This document shows positions 48,600-57,513 of a stretch of 64,000 nucleotides of DNA, piece after piece. The stretch's first letter is position 1, and each line of letters begins with the position of its first letter. This DNA is from an uncultured Gammaproteobacteria bacterium (GTDB taxonomy: Bacteria; Patescibacteriota; Patescibacteriia; UBA9934; CAZDDW01): positions 53,246-117,245 of the forward strand of contig CAZDDW010000002.1 of NCBI GenBank assembly GCA_964504365.1, given 5' to 3'. The notes beneath the pieces are model-generated. The model saw only the letters and a list, made by a program, of their open reading frames with translations. It had not been told where the DNA came from and did not search any database. The translations under genes and the position numbers were made by a program.

Positions 48600-48619
48600 C
48601 CGATCGGTTAGTTAGTGAA
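48600..48619. promoter_or_regulatory. Copy 2 of the 20-bp direct repeat, ~40 bp upstream of the 48561 start
   Basis: Exact 20-mer CCGATCGGTTAGTTAGTGAA. Confidence 0.75.
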
Positions 48620-48690
48620 TCATTGTATTTTGTGTCTTGGGTTTAATCTCTGTATATATTTCCACAAGTGATAAAGAAAAAAGGCCAGGA

Positions 48691-49080
48691 TCAAGTCCTG
48701 GCCGGAGAAGTCCGAACCCGGGCACGGTGCCGATCGCTGAAGTGTTCAGCAATCTTGCGCACCCAGAACCAGTTGTCAGTTTGTGTACCGTCTTGAAGGA
48801 AGGCCCTATTGCCTTCAAAGAGCAAGTGCCCATGCTCGGCACAGAATTCCACCAGCTCGGTCAGCATGGCCATACCCGGCTCATTGGCCCTAATCGTGAA
48901 AGCGTCGACAAGCACTGCCTCGTCGGTTGGCAAACTCTCCAGCCGTCCGTTCCAGCGCTGGAAATCGAACTCGGCCTGCACTCGGTGCATGGCCGCGCAG
49001 ACCCGTGAGGATCGCTCACCCAAGTTGATCACGTAGCCGGTGTAAAAAATCTTGACTTTGGTTTTTTTGTCGTCGCTCAT
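48691..49080 (-). CDS. Hypothetical 129-aa protein (islet 4)
   Basis: High-GC ORF with an AGGGGGA SD. A downstream minus-strand terminator GGCCAGGA…TCCTGGCC+TTTTTTCTTT lies at ~48655-48690. Confidence 0.5.
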   Translation of the reverse strand: MSDDKKTKVKIFYTGYVINLGERSSRVCAAMHRVQAEFDFQRWNGRLESLPTDEAVLVDAFTIRANEPGMAMLTELVEFCAEHGHLLFEGNRAFLQDGTQTDNWFWVRKIAEHFSDRHRARVRTSPART

Positions 49081-49176
49081 TTAATCCCCCTAAAAGAACC
49101 AGTTTTGGTTTTACCATTAATAAACGCGCCTGTCAACCCATGTTGCAATATGCTAAACTGGATCAGAGGAGGAGTC

Positions 49177-49671
49177 ATGGTAACAACCACTAAACGAGAA
49201 GCTGTACGAGAATCTCTCGGGCCTCTGGAACGTGCTCAACAAGCGAAGCAGGAACAACTTGCTCGTGTAAGAGCAGTATACGGTAAAGACGTTTCACATA
49301 TGGCCGAAGCGGCGGCAACAGATGTGTGGTACACGGCACTACTGAAGTTGAAGATGGTTGGTCCGTTCAGACGGATTGTGTTCGATGCTCTGAGGAGAAA
49401 CGATCCAAGACCAACAAAGGTTGTGGTCACAGGCAATTTCGGTGATGTGGTGATCACGTTATCTGATGACGAAGTTCGTTTCCAATACTACGGCGACCTG
49501 GAATTCCTCAAGCTTTCGTTCTTTCAAAAGACCTACCTACACAAACCAGGTCCTGAACGACCCTTGCGGATCGACTTCTCGGTTCCGGTCAAACCGTATC
49601 TTGACACAATCCATGACAACGATTTCGGTCGCGCCATGGACAGACTCAACAGCGGACACTGTCCTATCTAG
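49177..49671 (+). CDS. Hypothetical 164-aa protein (islet 4)
   Basis: AGGAGG SD 6 nt before ATG. An upstream TGTCAAC…TGcTAAACT promoter lies at ~49126-49155. A CCAGCTCAccTGAGCTGG+T6 terminator lies at 49675-49699. Confidence 0.55.
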   Translation: MVTTTKREAVRESLGPLERAQQAKQEQLARVRAVYGKDVSHMAEAAATDVWYTALLKLKMVGPFRRIVFDALRRNDPRPTKVVVTGNFGDVVITLSDDEVRFQYYGDLEFLKLSFFQKTYLHKPGPERPLRIDFSVPVKPYLDTIHDNDFGRAMDRLNSGHCPI

Positions 49672-49699
49672 CTACCAGCTCACCTGAGCTGGTTTTTTC

Positions 49700-49728
49700 T
49701 TGACTCAATCCCGTTAGCACTCTATAAT
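49700..49728 (+). promoter_or_regulatory. clpB promoter: TTGACT-17-TATAAT
   Basis: TTGACT at 49700-49705 and TATAAT at 49723-49728. Confidence 0.75.
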
Positions 49729-49740
49729 ACAGAGTGCTAA
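49714..49740. promoter_or_regulatory. Perfect CIRCE element (HrcA operator) overlapping the clpB -10 box
   Basis: TTAGCACTC-N9-GAGTGCTAA is an exact match to the CIRCE consensus, read directly. clpB starts 13 bp downstream. Confidence 0.85.
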
Positions 49741-49752
49741 TTTAAGCCTATT

Positions 49753-52395
49753 ATGTTACCAAACAACTTTACACACAAATCTCAAGAAGCTATTCAAAAT
49801 GCGCATAACCTAGCTGTTGAAAACGGTCAGGCAGCGATCGAGCCGATTCACTTACTCGCTTCCCTGCTCTCTCAGGACGACGGCGTGGTTATTTCTATTT
49901 TTGACAAAATGAATCTTGATATCGCCACCTTGCGGGGCGAGGTCGACACAATTCTGGATACGCTACCTAAGCAAGAAGCCATGGGTGGTGGCGGTATTGG
50001 CCAGGTTTACTTGTCACAACCAATGGCTCGTGTTTTTGCTACAGCCAACAAAATTGCCAAACAGTTCAAGGACGAATACATTTCAACTGAACACCTGTTC
50101 CTTGGTTTAATGGTCGACAAGAATGTTAAAGGTTTGTTGGAACGTTCTGGTGTAGTTGAGGCTGAGGTGTTAAAAGTTTTAAAAAAAATTCGAGGAAATC
50201 AGAAAGTGGATTCACCAGAACCAGAGTCTAAGTATCAGGCGCTGGAAAAATATTCAATGAACCTGACTGAAATGGCGCGACAAGAAAAACTGGATCCAAT
50301 TATTGGGCGCGACAAAGAAACTCGTCGTCTGATGCAGATCCTGACTCGCCGAACCAAGAACAACCCGGTCCTGATTGGTGAAGCAGGTGTTGGTAAAACT
50401 GCGATTGCCGAAGGTCTTGCTCAGCGAATTGTTGCTGGTGACGTTCCTGAGTCATTGAAGAATAAAGAACTAGTCGCTTTGGATCTTGGTGGTATGGTTG
50501 CTGGAACAAAATATCGTGGTGAGTTTGAGGATCGTTTGAAAGCCGTGATTAAAGAGATCGAAGAATCTGAAGGACAAATTCTGTTATTTATCGATGAGCT
50601 ACATACTTTAGTTGGAGCTGGAACTACAGAAGGCGGATCGCTTGATGCATCTAATTTACTCAAACCCGCTCTGGCTCGTGGAAAGCTGCGTACCATTGGC
50701 GCGACCACGCTCAAGGAATATCAGCGGCACATTGAAAAAGACCCAGCATTTGAACGTCGCTTCCAACCAGTGTTAGTTGAAGAACCTTCTATCGAGGATA
50801 CGATTGCTATTCTGCGTGGAATCAAAGACCGCTATGAACTGCATCACGGAATCCGCATTGCTGACGCAGCCATTATCGCTGCAGCTGAACTGTCCGCCCG
50901 CTACATTACTGACCGCTTTTTACCGGACAAAGCCGTTGACCTGATCGACGAGGCTGGCTCTGCTTTGCGTATGGAGATTGATTCCATGCCTGAGGAGCTT
51001 GACCATTACAAACGTGATGCTATGCGTCTTGAGATCGAGCGTGAGGCTTTGAAAAAAGAAGAAGACAAGGATTCTAAAGCTCGACTTGAAGAGATCGAAA
51101 AGCAACTAGCGGATCTGAACGAACAGTCTCGTGAACTGGAAATGAAATGGAAGAATGAGAAAGATAAGATCGCCGAAATCCGAGCCATTAAAAAAGCCAC
51201 TGATGAACTTCGAGCAATGGCTGACATTGAGGAACGTCGCGGCAACCTGCAGAAAGTTGCTGAAATCCGCTACAGCAAGATCCCGGCGCAGGAAGAAAAA
51301 CTGAAAAAGACAGAGGCCGAACTAGTTAACATGCAAAAAGATCGCGGTTTACTGAAAGAAGTTGTTCAGGATGAAGATATCGCCACAGTAGTATCCCGCT
51401 GGACCAACATTCCTGTTTCAAAAATGCTTGAATCAGAACTGACTAAACTGACGCGCATGGAAGAAGTGTTGTCAAAACGAGTTATTGGTCAGTCTGAAGC
51501 GATTGAAGCCGTCTCAAACGCTCTACGTCGCTCTCGAGCCGGTATTGCTGAAGAAGGCCGCCCAATCGGATCATTCCTGTTTTTAGGACCTACCGGAGTC
51601 GGAAAGACCGAACTTGCGAGAACTTTGGCCGACTTCATGTTCAACGACGAAAGCGCATTGGTACGTATCGACATGTCTGAGTACATGGAAAAGCATGCTA
51701 CTTCGAAAATTATTGGATCGCCTCCAGGTTATGTTGGATATGAAGAAGGCGGACAGCTAACTGAGATCGTTCGGCGCCGACCGTACAGTGTTATCTTGTT
51801 TGACGAGATTGAAAAAGCTCACCCAGATGCGTTTAACATGTTGCTTCAGATTTTGGACGAGGGGCACCTGACAGACGCCAAGGGTCGCAAGGTAAACTTC
51901 AAAAATACTGTTATCATCATGACTTCAAACATTGGATCTGACGCGATCTTAGAAATGACTACCAAAGGTGGCGGCGAGCTTGGGTTCGAATCAGATCGCA
52001 GCGATTCACCAGAACGCGATGAGGAGCGTATGCGCGAACGAGTGATGGGTATGCTCACAGAACACTTCCGCCCTGAATTCCTGAACCGGCTAGATGAAAT
52101 TACTATCTTCCACTCATTGTCTGAAGATAACATCAAACATATTGTTGAACTGCAGCTTGATCGGGTAGCCAAGCGCTTGCAAGAGCGGCGCAAGATCAAG
52201 ATCAAGATTACTGATGCGGCCAAAAAGCTGCTGGCAGAAAAGGGCTACGATCCCGCATTCGGTGCTCGCCCACTCAAACGCGTCATCCAAACTGAGATCT
52301 TAGATGCCCTGGCCAAGAGAATCATCGCCTCTGAGATCGAAGAAGAATCGACGATCACAATCGATGCGAGGAAAGAACAGATCACTATTTCATAA
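49753..52395 (+). CDS. clpB: Chaperone ClpB (AAA+ disaggregase)
   Basis: Two AAA+ modules ([15 protein letters not shown] and [11 protein letters not shown]), a middle coiled-coil domain, and an N-terminal Clp-N repeat. Length is 880 aa. Confidence 0.95.
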   Translation: MLPNNFTHKSQEAIQNAHNLAVENGQAAIEPIHLLASLLSQDDGVVISIFDKMNLDIATLRGEVDTILDTLPKQEAMGGGGIGQVYLSQPMARVFATANKIAKQFKDEYISTEHLFLGLMVDKNVKGLLERSGVVEAEVLKVLKKIRGNQKVDSPEPESKYQALEKYSMNLTEMARQEKLDPIIGRDKETRRLMQILTRRTKNNPVLIGEAGVGKTAIAEGLAQRIVAGDVPESLKNKELVALDLGGMVAGTKYRGEFEDRLKAVIKEIEESEGQILLFIDELHTLVGAGTTEGGSLDASNLLKPALARGKLRTIGATTLKEYQRHIEKDPAFERRFQPVLVEEPSIEDTIAILRGIKDRYELHHGIRIADAAIIAAAELSARYITDRFLPDKAVDLIDEAGSALRMEIDSMPEELDHYKRDAMRLEIEREALKKEEDKDSKARLEEIEKQLADLNEQSRELEMKWKNEKDKIAEIRAIKKATDELRAMADIEERRGNLQKVAEIRYSKIPAQEEKLKKTEAELVNMQKDRGLLKEVVQDEDIATVVSRWTNIPVSKMLESELTKLTRMEEVLSKRVIGQSEAIEAVSNALRRSRAGIAEEGRPIGSFLFLGPTGVGKTELARTLADFMFNDESALVRIDMSEYMEKHATSKIIGSPPGYVGYEEGGQLTEIVRRRPYSVILFDEIEKAHPDAFNMLLQILDEGHLTDAKGRKVNFKNTVIIMTSNIGSDAILEMTTKGGGELGFESDRSDSPERDEERMRERVMGMLTEHFRPEFLNRLDEITIFHSLSEDNIKHIVELQLDRVAKRLQERRKIKIKITDAAKKLLAEKGYDPAFGARPLKRVIQTEILDALAKRIIASEIEEESTITIDARKEQITIS

Positions 52396-52405
52396 ATAAG
52401 GATAT

Positions 52406-52438
52406 TAAAAATCCGCAGGTGTGTACCACTTGCGGGTT
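52406..52438. terminator. Bidirectional intrinsic terminator between clpB and the minus-strand islet-5 gene
   Basis: AAAAATCCGCAGGTGtgtaccCACTTGCGGGTTTT. The hairpin has A/T runs on both sides. Confidence 0.6.
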
Positions 52439-52813
52439 TTAGATTCCGGACTTGAACTCGACCGGGACCTGGAAGACGTGGTTGGGCTCGATGTCGCGAG
52501 CTTCCATCCAAGCCTTGAGGGCTCTGAGCTGCAACCTGACAGGGTCATGGCCGCAATAGTAAGTCGTATCGCCTCTTACCTGAACCTCGCAGTCCATTGT
52601 CAGAACTAATTCCAGATCTCCATTGGATCGACGAACATGTACCACACCTTCTGGTCGTTTATCTTCGTCAACGATGAGCTGAAAACTCAGACCATGCTCT
52701 CGCACTCCCGCTTCACTGACTGGAATGATGGCTAGTCCAGTTTGCTCGGTCAAGTCACCCTTGGCCTCGGGTGAAAACACGATAGCCACGAAACCGATTT
52801 TCTCAACAGTCAC
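52439..52813 (-). CDS. Hypothetical 124-aa protein (GTG start), islet 5
   Basis: AAAGGA SD before GTG; high GC. Confidence 0.5.
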   Translation of the reverse strand: MTVEKIGFVAIVFSPEAKGDLTEQTGLAIIPVSEAGVREHGLSFQLIVDEDKRPEGVVHVRRSNGDLELVLTMDCEVQVRGDTTYYCGHDPVRLQLRALKAWMEARDIEPNHVFQVPVEFKSGI

Positions 52814-52919
52814 AGTGTTTCCTTTCTCTGTGGATTGTAATGGTTCAATGAATTAGACCTTAACAATCCTGTTCAGACTTGTCAAAATAAAAGACTCCGC
52901 AGTGATGCGGAGTTTTGAG

Positions 52920-53771
52920 TTACTCCTCCTCGCCGTTGTCGTCTTCTTCATCCGGATCCGGCTGTTGCTGGATCGGTCCTTCTGGCTGAACAAAGAAGAC
53001 TGGCCTGGCTTCTAGCTCGGTCGCCGGAATCCCTTCGTCCTGCAACAACTTTAGTAAAGCCGATTCGAACTCACCGAAAGTTGCGTGCACAAATTTGGGA
53101 CGAAAGCGCTCCTCAACGGAGTCAAAGAACTCCAGATGATCCCAAATATCTCCTGCCGGAAACATGTATGAGAACCGCGGATGACTACTTGTCCCTATAC
53201 CAGCACTAAATCGCACTGGCACTGTCTGGATCAACAGGCGGGCCACCGGTTCATCAATCCCACCTCCTGAGAACTGGGGGTACTTTAAATCAACGATTAG
53301 TTGTCTGCCCCCTGCCAGGAAACAGCGCAAATCAAATTTGACACCGGAAAGCAATATTGAGAAAAAGGACATTCTCCTGTCATCTTCATAATCAGGACTG
53401 CACCTATCCGATATGACGTAACGACCTCGTTCCCTGCTCAGTGATGGTAAGCGGAGCTCGTTCCTTTCGACACGCTTCCCGTAATACCCACGCAACGTTT
53501 TACGGTTTCGATCAAGTAGCGCTTGTGCCACCTGATCTTTATAGGTTGGCCGACCCTTGGCAGCCACACCCTTATTCATCCAACGCCAATCAGCTTGTAG
53601 CTGCTTGAAATCAGGTGGCAAGAGTCGACAGTCGGCTGGCACAAAATCAGGATCAGCATGCATCCTTTTCAGGTGCTCAACGCTTCGCGACAGCAAGAGC
53701 AACTTCTCGTAGAAGTCACGCATACCACACTGCGCGATATCGCGCCAAAGTTCGGAAGTAAAAAGAGCCAT
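52920..53771 (-). CDS. Hypothetical 283-aa protein with an acidic C-terminal tail (islet 5)
   Basis: GGAGATG SD. A terminator ACTCCGCA…TGCGGAGT+TCTTTTATTTTGACAAG lies downstream on the minus strand. Confidence 0.55.
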   Translation of the reverse strand: MALFTSELWRDIAQCGMRDFYEKLLLLSRSVEHLKRMHADPDFVPADCRLLPPDFKQLQADWRWMNKGVAAKGRPTYKDQVAQALLDRNRKTLRGYYGKRVERNELRLPSLSRERGRYVISDRCSPDYEDDRRMSFFSILLSGVKFDLRCFLAGGRQLIVDLKYPQFSGGGIDEPVARLLIQTVPVRFSAGIGTSSHPRFSYMFPAGDIWDHLEFFDSVEERFRPKFVHATFGEFESALLKLLQDEGIPATELEARPVFFVQPEGPIQQQPDPDEEDDNGEEE

Positions 53772-54049
53772 TTCATCTCCAGGCTTGTTGGAATTATCAC
53801 CGGTCTTTTTTCAAAGACGCATTGCCCTACTAGCCAAGCAGGATCGGGACACCCCAAGCTCCATTTCAGAGCTACATCCGGGGAGGTTCCTACAGCCCAC
53901 CTCTATTTCAGAGGTGTTGTCACATGCACCACGCACCAAGCTGTATTCTGCACTTTTCAGCACATCTCTTCTGGATGACATGAAGAGGACTTTCACCTTA
54001 ACAACCCAAACCTATTTCGTCAAAAAAAATCTCCGCATGGGTTGCGGAG

Positions 54050-54340
54050 TTAGAGTGCGTTGCTCGGGGTCTCGCCGGCGCGGCCGAGCTTGAGGCGACT
54101 TGCCGGCGGACCGGTACGTGGCGGACGCAGGTCGTCCTGTCCGATCTGCAGGCTCATTGCCTGAGCTGCACGATAGCCCGTGAAGACGATGTGGTCACGC
54201 TCACTCCGGATAGTGATCTGCTTGACGTGTCCGTCATGCTGAGCCTGGCTAGCCTGGAGCTGGGCCTGACCAACACTCTCGTCCTCAGTAACGGTCGGGT
54301 TGTTATCACCAAAACGGTAGGTCTCGATTCTATATCCCAT
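54050..54340 (-). CDS. Hypothetical 96-aa protein (islet 5); its start overlaps the stop of the upstream gene by 11 nt
   Basis: Coupled to the 170-aa ORF. A terminator CTCCGCA…TGCGGAG+T8 followed by GACGAA lies downstream. Confidence 0.5.
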   Translation of the reverse strand: MGYRIETYRFGDNNPTVTEDESVGQAQLQASQAQHDGHVKQITIRSERDHIVFTGYRAAQAMSLQIGQDDLRPPRTGPPASRLKLGRAGETPSNAL

Positions 54341-54842
54341 CTTCCCTCTCCTGCTCGTCCGTCATGGAAACGAGTTGTGGTGTGATGCTGAGTACCTCAG
54401 TCAGCTCCTCAGCGGTGCGTGTGATCGGTGATGGCTCACCGAGCTTGGTCTTGAGCTGCTGGATGATCCAGGCAAGCATATCGCTGGTCTGTGGCAGACA
54501 GAAATCGACTATCACACCTGATTCAAGTTGAACCGGCCTGGATGCACGGACCTGGAAATGGCGTTCTTTCTGTATCAAGACAACAACCAGATCATGGTCA
54601 GAATATTCGAGCACACCGATGACGATCGGGATGGCCGAGGTACGACCATTCTCTTCGATCTGGTCAACTTGTAGGTACGGCACGTCCATCAACTGCCAGG
54701 TTCGAATCATGTCTTCTCTCCAAGCCAGACGCACCATGAGCGACTCGGTGATCGCCCCTAGGGGCACCGGCTGATCAGTCTTTGGAAGTGTTCCTGGGAA
54801 CATGATCGCTCCTTGTGAAGGTTCGGATGAATAGCATGCCAC
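54330..54842 (-). CDS. Hypothetical 170-aa protein (islet 5)
   Basis: High-GC ORF and the first gene of an overlapping pair. Its start may lie at an internal Met. Confidence 0.5.
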   Translation of the reverse strand: MACYSSEPSQGAIMFPGTLPKTDQPVPLGAITESLMVRLAWREDMIRTWQLMDVPYLQVDQIEENGRTSAIPIVIGVLEYSDHDLVVVLIQKERHFQVRASRPVQLESGVIVDFCLPQTSDMLAWIIQQLKTKLGEPSPITRTAEELTEVLSITPQLVSMTDEQEREDGI

Positions 54843-55059
54843 AGATTTTCCAGGTTGTCAACAGGCCGGCCACTGGATGACTCAGGGTTTTGTTTGTGGA
54901 AGCGTTCGGCCCATTCGTGGTTAAGTCTTGGTTGGTGTCAGGCCTCACTCGGCGTCGGCCGGAACATTTAAGGTTAAGGGGTACGTTATATGACAGGCCT
55001 GATAGTCCGGCCTCCGATCGTTCCACAAATCAAAACCCTTCGTCATAATATTCTGTCGG

Positions 55060-55275
55060 TCAAAAAAAGTGGCCGGCCATAAACAAAGGACGAGGATATT
55101 CTTTTTGTGAGAACACGTGGAGCCGGGCCCACATCTTGCCATCAATAACTACCATTGGTTCTGGTCCCGGCGGAACATCGAGCGAGGCCCAGAGACTATT
55201 CTCTTTTTTCAACAACGTTCTGGCCGAGCGCTTCTCACAAAAATAATGTCCGAGTCCCCCATGGCCGGCCAGCAT
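55060..55275 (-). CDS. Possible small 71-aa ORF at the islet-5 edge
   Basis: High-GC ORF with weak support. GGCCGGCC octamers occur at 54869, 55070 and 55263. Confidence 0.25.
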   Translation of the reverse strand: MLAGHGGLGHYFCEKRSARTLLKKENSLWASLDVPPGPEPMVVIDGKMWARLHVFSQKEYPRPLFMAGHFF

Positions 55276-55324
55276 GTTATATCAACTGGCCTAAACAGCT
55301 AAAATCTGTTAGCATTTAAGCACT

Positions 55325-56719
55325 ATGAAACAAATACTAACAGGAATCATTTCGCTAACTTTAGCGTTTTCACCCTTGGCTCCGGCGTTAGCCAGCACAG
55401 ATTTTAACGCCAATTTTTTAATTTCTGATGACGAACTAACGGATGCTTTTTCCATGGACCGCAATGACATTCAACGCATTCTCGACAAAGGCGGACTAGC
55501 TGATTACTTCACCGAGGACATTGATGGACGAACACGCCACATTGCTGACATCATCTGGTGGACAGCACAGATGCGCGGAATCAGTCCAAAAGTATTACTA
55601 GTAATGCTACAAAAAGAGCAGAGTCTGATCGAAGACCCAACACCTTCGCAGGACCAACTAGATTGGGCCTTAGGCTATGGAGTTTGTGATGACTGTACAC
55701 ACGATGATCCTGACATCCAACGCTGGAGCGGAATTTCAAAACAACTTAATTCTGCTGCTTTGCAGTTGAACGAGGGCTACCTGCAGGACATTGAAGATGA
55801 TGGTTACACAGTAATGGGTTATGGCCCAGGTTTGACCAGCAGGATTGATGATGAGTATGTCACTTTTGCTAACGCAGCCACAGCAGCACTGTACACCTAC
55901 ACACCACACATTCACGGCAACGAGTTATTTGTCACTATTTGGAATCGATATTTTGGAATCTACTATCCATCTGGATCTCTTTTGCAAGACAACACTACTG
56001 GCGGTGTTTACTTAATTAAATTCGACGAGAAGCGACCGATCACCTCACAGACCGCCCTGCTTTCTCGATATAACTCGGATCTGATTATCTCAGTTGACCC
56101 AACAGTACTCCAGACTTATGCTGATGGCGCGCCAATTTCTCATGCCAACTATTCCCTACTTCAGACACCAACTGGTGGCATTTATCTTCTAGTGGACGAC
56201 GTTATCAGACCAATCGCTAGCCAGGAAGCTTTTCGTTCTATTGGTTTTAATCCTGATGAAGTGATCGCTGTTGAATGGGAGGATTTGGCAGCCTACAGTG
56301 AAGGTGAAACGATTACTGAAGACAGTGCTTATCCAATCGGCACTTTGCTACAAAACTCAACCACAGGTGGTGTTTATTTTGTTGAGAATGGAATTAAACA
56401 ACCACTGATGTCACGTGATGTTTTAGATAATCGTTTCGCTGGTTGGGCTATTGTTCCTATGTCTCCAGAAGAATTAGATGAATTCGAAACCGGTGATGCA
56501 GCCAAGTTCTTTGACGGGACATTGGTGAAGGGTCCAGATCCAGATGTATATGTAATCTCCGAAGGCGAGCGTCGACCAATCCCAAGCGAAGAAGTCTTCC
56601 TTGGACTTGGTTGGAAATGGGAAAACATTATCGTCACTGACGAACGAACTCTTGAGCTACACCCGCTTGGTGAAACGGTCTATATGAGTACTGACGAAAT
56701 TGAAGCTGCTTCGAATTAA
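55325..56719 (+). CDS. Secreted protein with four tandem ~45-aa repeats
   Basis: A signal peptide is present. The repeats are LLQ(D/T/N)xTTGG(V/I)Y(L/F)(I/V)…(K/R)(R/Q)PI.S…F…G(F/W), at ~aa 215-260, 265-310, 335-380 and 400-445. Confidence 0.65.
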   Translation: MKQILTGIISLTLAFSPLAPALASTDFNANFLISDDELTDAFSMDRNDIQRILDKGGLADYFTEDIDGRTRHIADIIWWTAQMRGISPKVLLVMLQKEQSLIEDPTPSQDQLDWALGYGVCDDCTHDDPDIQRWSGISKQLNSAALQLNEGYLQDIEDDGYTVMGYGPGLTSRIDDEYVTFANAATAALYTYTPHIHGNELFVTIWNRYFGIYYPSGSLLQDNTTGGVYLIKFDEKRPITSQTALLSRYNSDLIISVDPTVLQTYADGAPISHANYSLLQTPTGGIYLLVDDVIRPIASQEAFRSIGFNPDEVIAVEWEDLAAYSEGETITEDSAYPIGTLLQNSTTGGVYFVENGIKQPLMSRDVLDNRFAGWAIVPMSPEELDEFETGDAAKFFDGTLVKGPDPDVYVISEGERRPIPSEEVFLGLGWKWENIIVTDERTLELHPLGETVYMSTDEIEAASN

Positions 56720-56720
56720 T

Positions 56721-57512
56721 ATGTTAGTCTTTGCCGCCTTTACTCCACACACACCTTTACTCCTGCCGAGTATTGGTAAAGACAACCTAAAAAAGCTTCA
56801 GAAAACCTCTGACTCAATGCAACAATTGGCAGACGAACTTTATGCTGCCCGACCAGATACGATCGTTGTTATTTCTGGCCATAGTCATTCATATACTGAT
56901 GCGTTTGCTATCAACTTTAACGATCCATACAAAATCGACCTGACCAAACTGGGTGATCTTGATGTTACACGTGATTATCACCCTGATCTACGACTGATCG
57001 ATAAAGCACAGCGGCAGTTGCGCCGTGACGAAGTCCCTTTTACCCTTCACCCTGAAGACGCGCTTGACTATGGTTCAGCTGTGCCACTTTTGCTCTTAGC
57101 TGAAAAGTTGAAAGACATTAAGATTGTTCCGGTTTCGGTTTCTGACCTTGCGCCAAAAGAGCACTTTCATTTTGGACAGGCTCTGAAAGAACAGATTGTG
57201 AACACAACGCAACGTGTGGCAGTGATTGCTACTGGTGACCTATCGCACACGTTAACAACAGAATCTCCAGCTGGTTTTCATAAGAGCGGTCCAAAATTCG
57301 ACAAGAAGATCCAAGAACTGATTGCTGAACACAATGCTGCTGGGTTGATTAAGATAAAGCCAGAAATAGTTCAAGAAGCCAAGCAATGTGGATACCGCGC
57401 TTTGTTGATCTTGTTTGGAATATTAGATAAACAAAACATCAAAACAAACATCTTGTCTTATGAAGCCCCGCTTGGCGTGGGCTACCTGACCGCCAATTTT
57501 GAGCTTGCCTAA
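56721..57512 (+). CDS. LigB/MEMO1-family (class III extradiol dioxygenase-like) protein
   Basis: N-terminus AAFTPHTPLLL and …VISGHSH… match the LigB/AmmeMemoRadiSam-B family. Length is ~263 aa. Confidence 0.55.
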   Translation: MLVFAAFTPHTPLLLPSIGKDNLKKLQKTSDSMQQLADELYAARPDTIVVISGHSHSYTDAFAINFNDPYKIDLTKLGDLDVTRDYHPDLRLIDKAQRQLRRDEVPFTLHPEDALDYGSAVPLLLLAEKLKDIKIVPVSVSDLAPKEHFHFGQALKEQIVNTTQRVAVIATGDLSHTLTTESPAGFHKSGPKFDKKIQELIAEHNAAGLIKIKPEIVQEAKQCGYRALLILFGILDKQNIKTNILSYEAPLGVGYLTANFELA

Positions 57513-57513
57513 T

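Noticed and set aside
47978-48619. A CRISPR-Cas locus suggested by the Cas2-like sequence pattern
   Set aside because: No cas1, no repeat-spacer array and no other cas genes are present. The flanking 20-bp sequences are only two copies and sit in promoter positions.
53785-54093. 102-aa plus-strand ORF in the islet-5 spacer
   Set aside because: It has no SD site in a region where genes otherwise have one. It overlaps the terminator and 3' end of the minus-strand gene and is probably non-coding.
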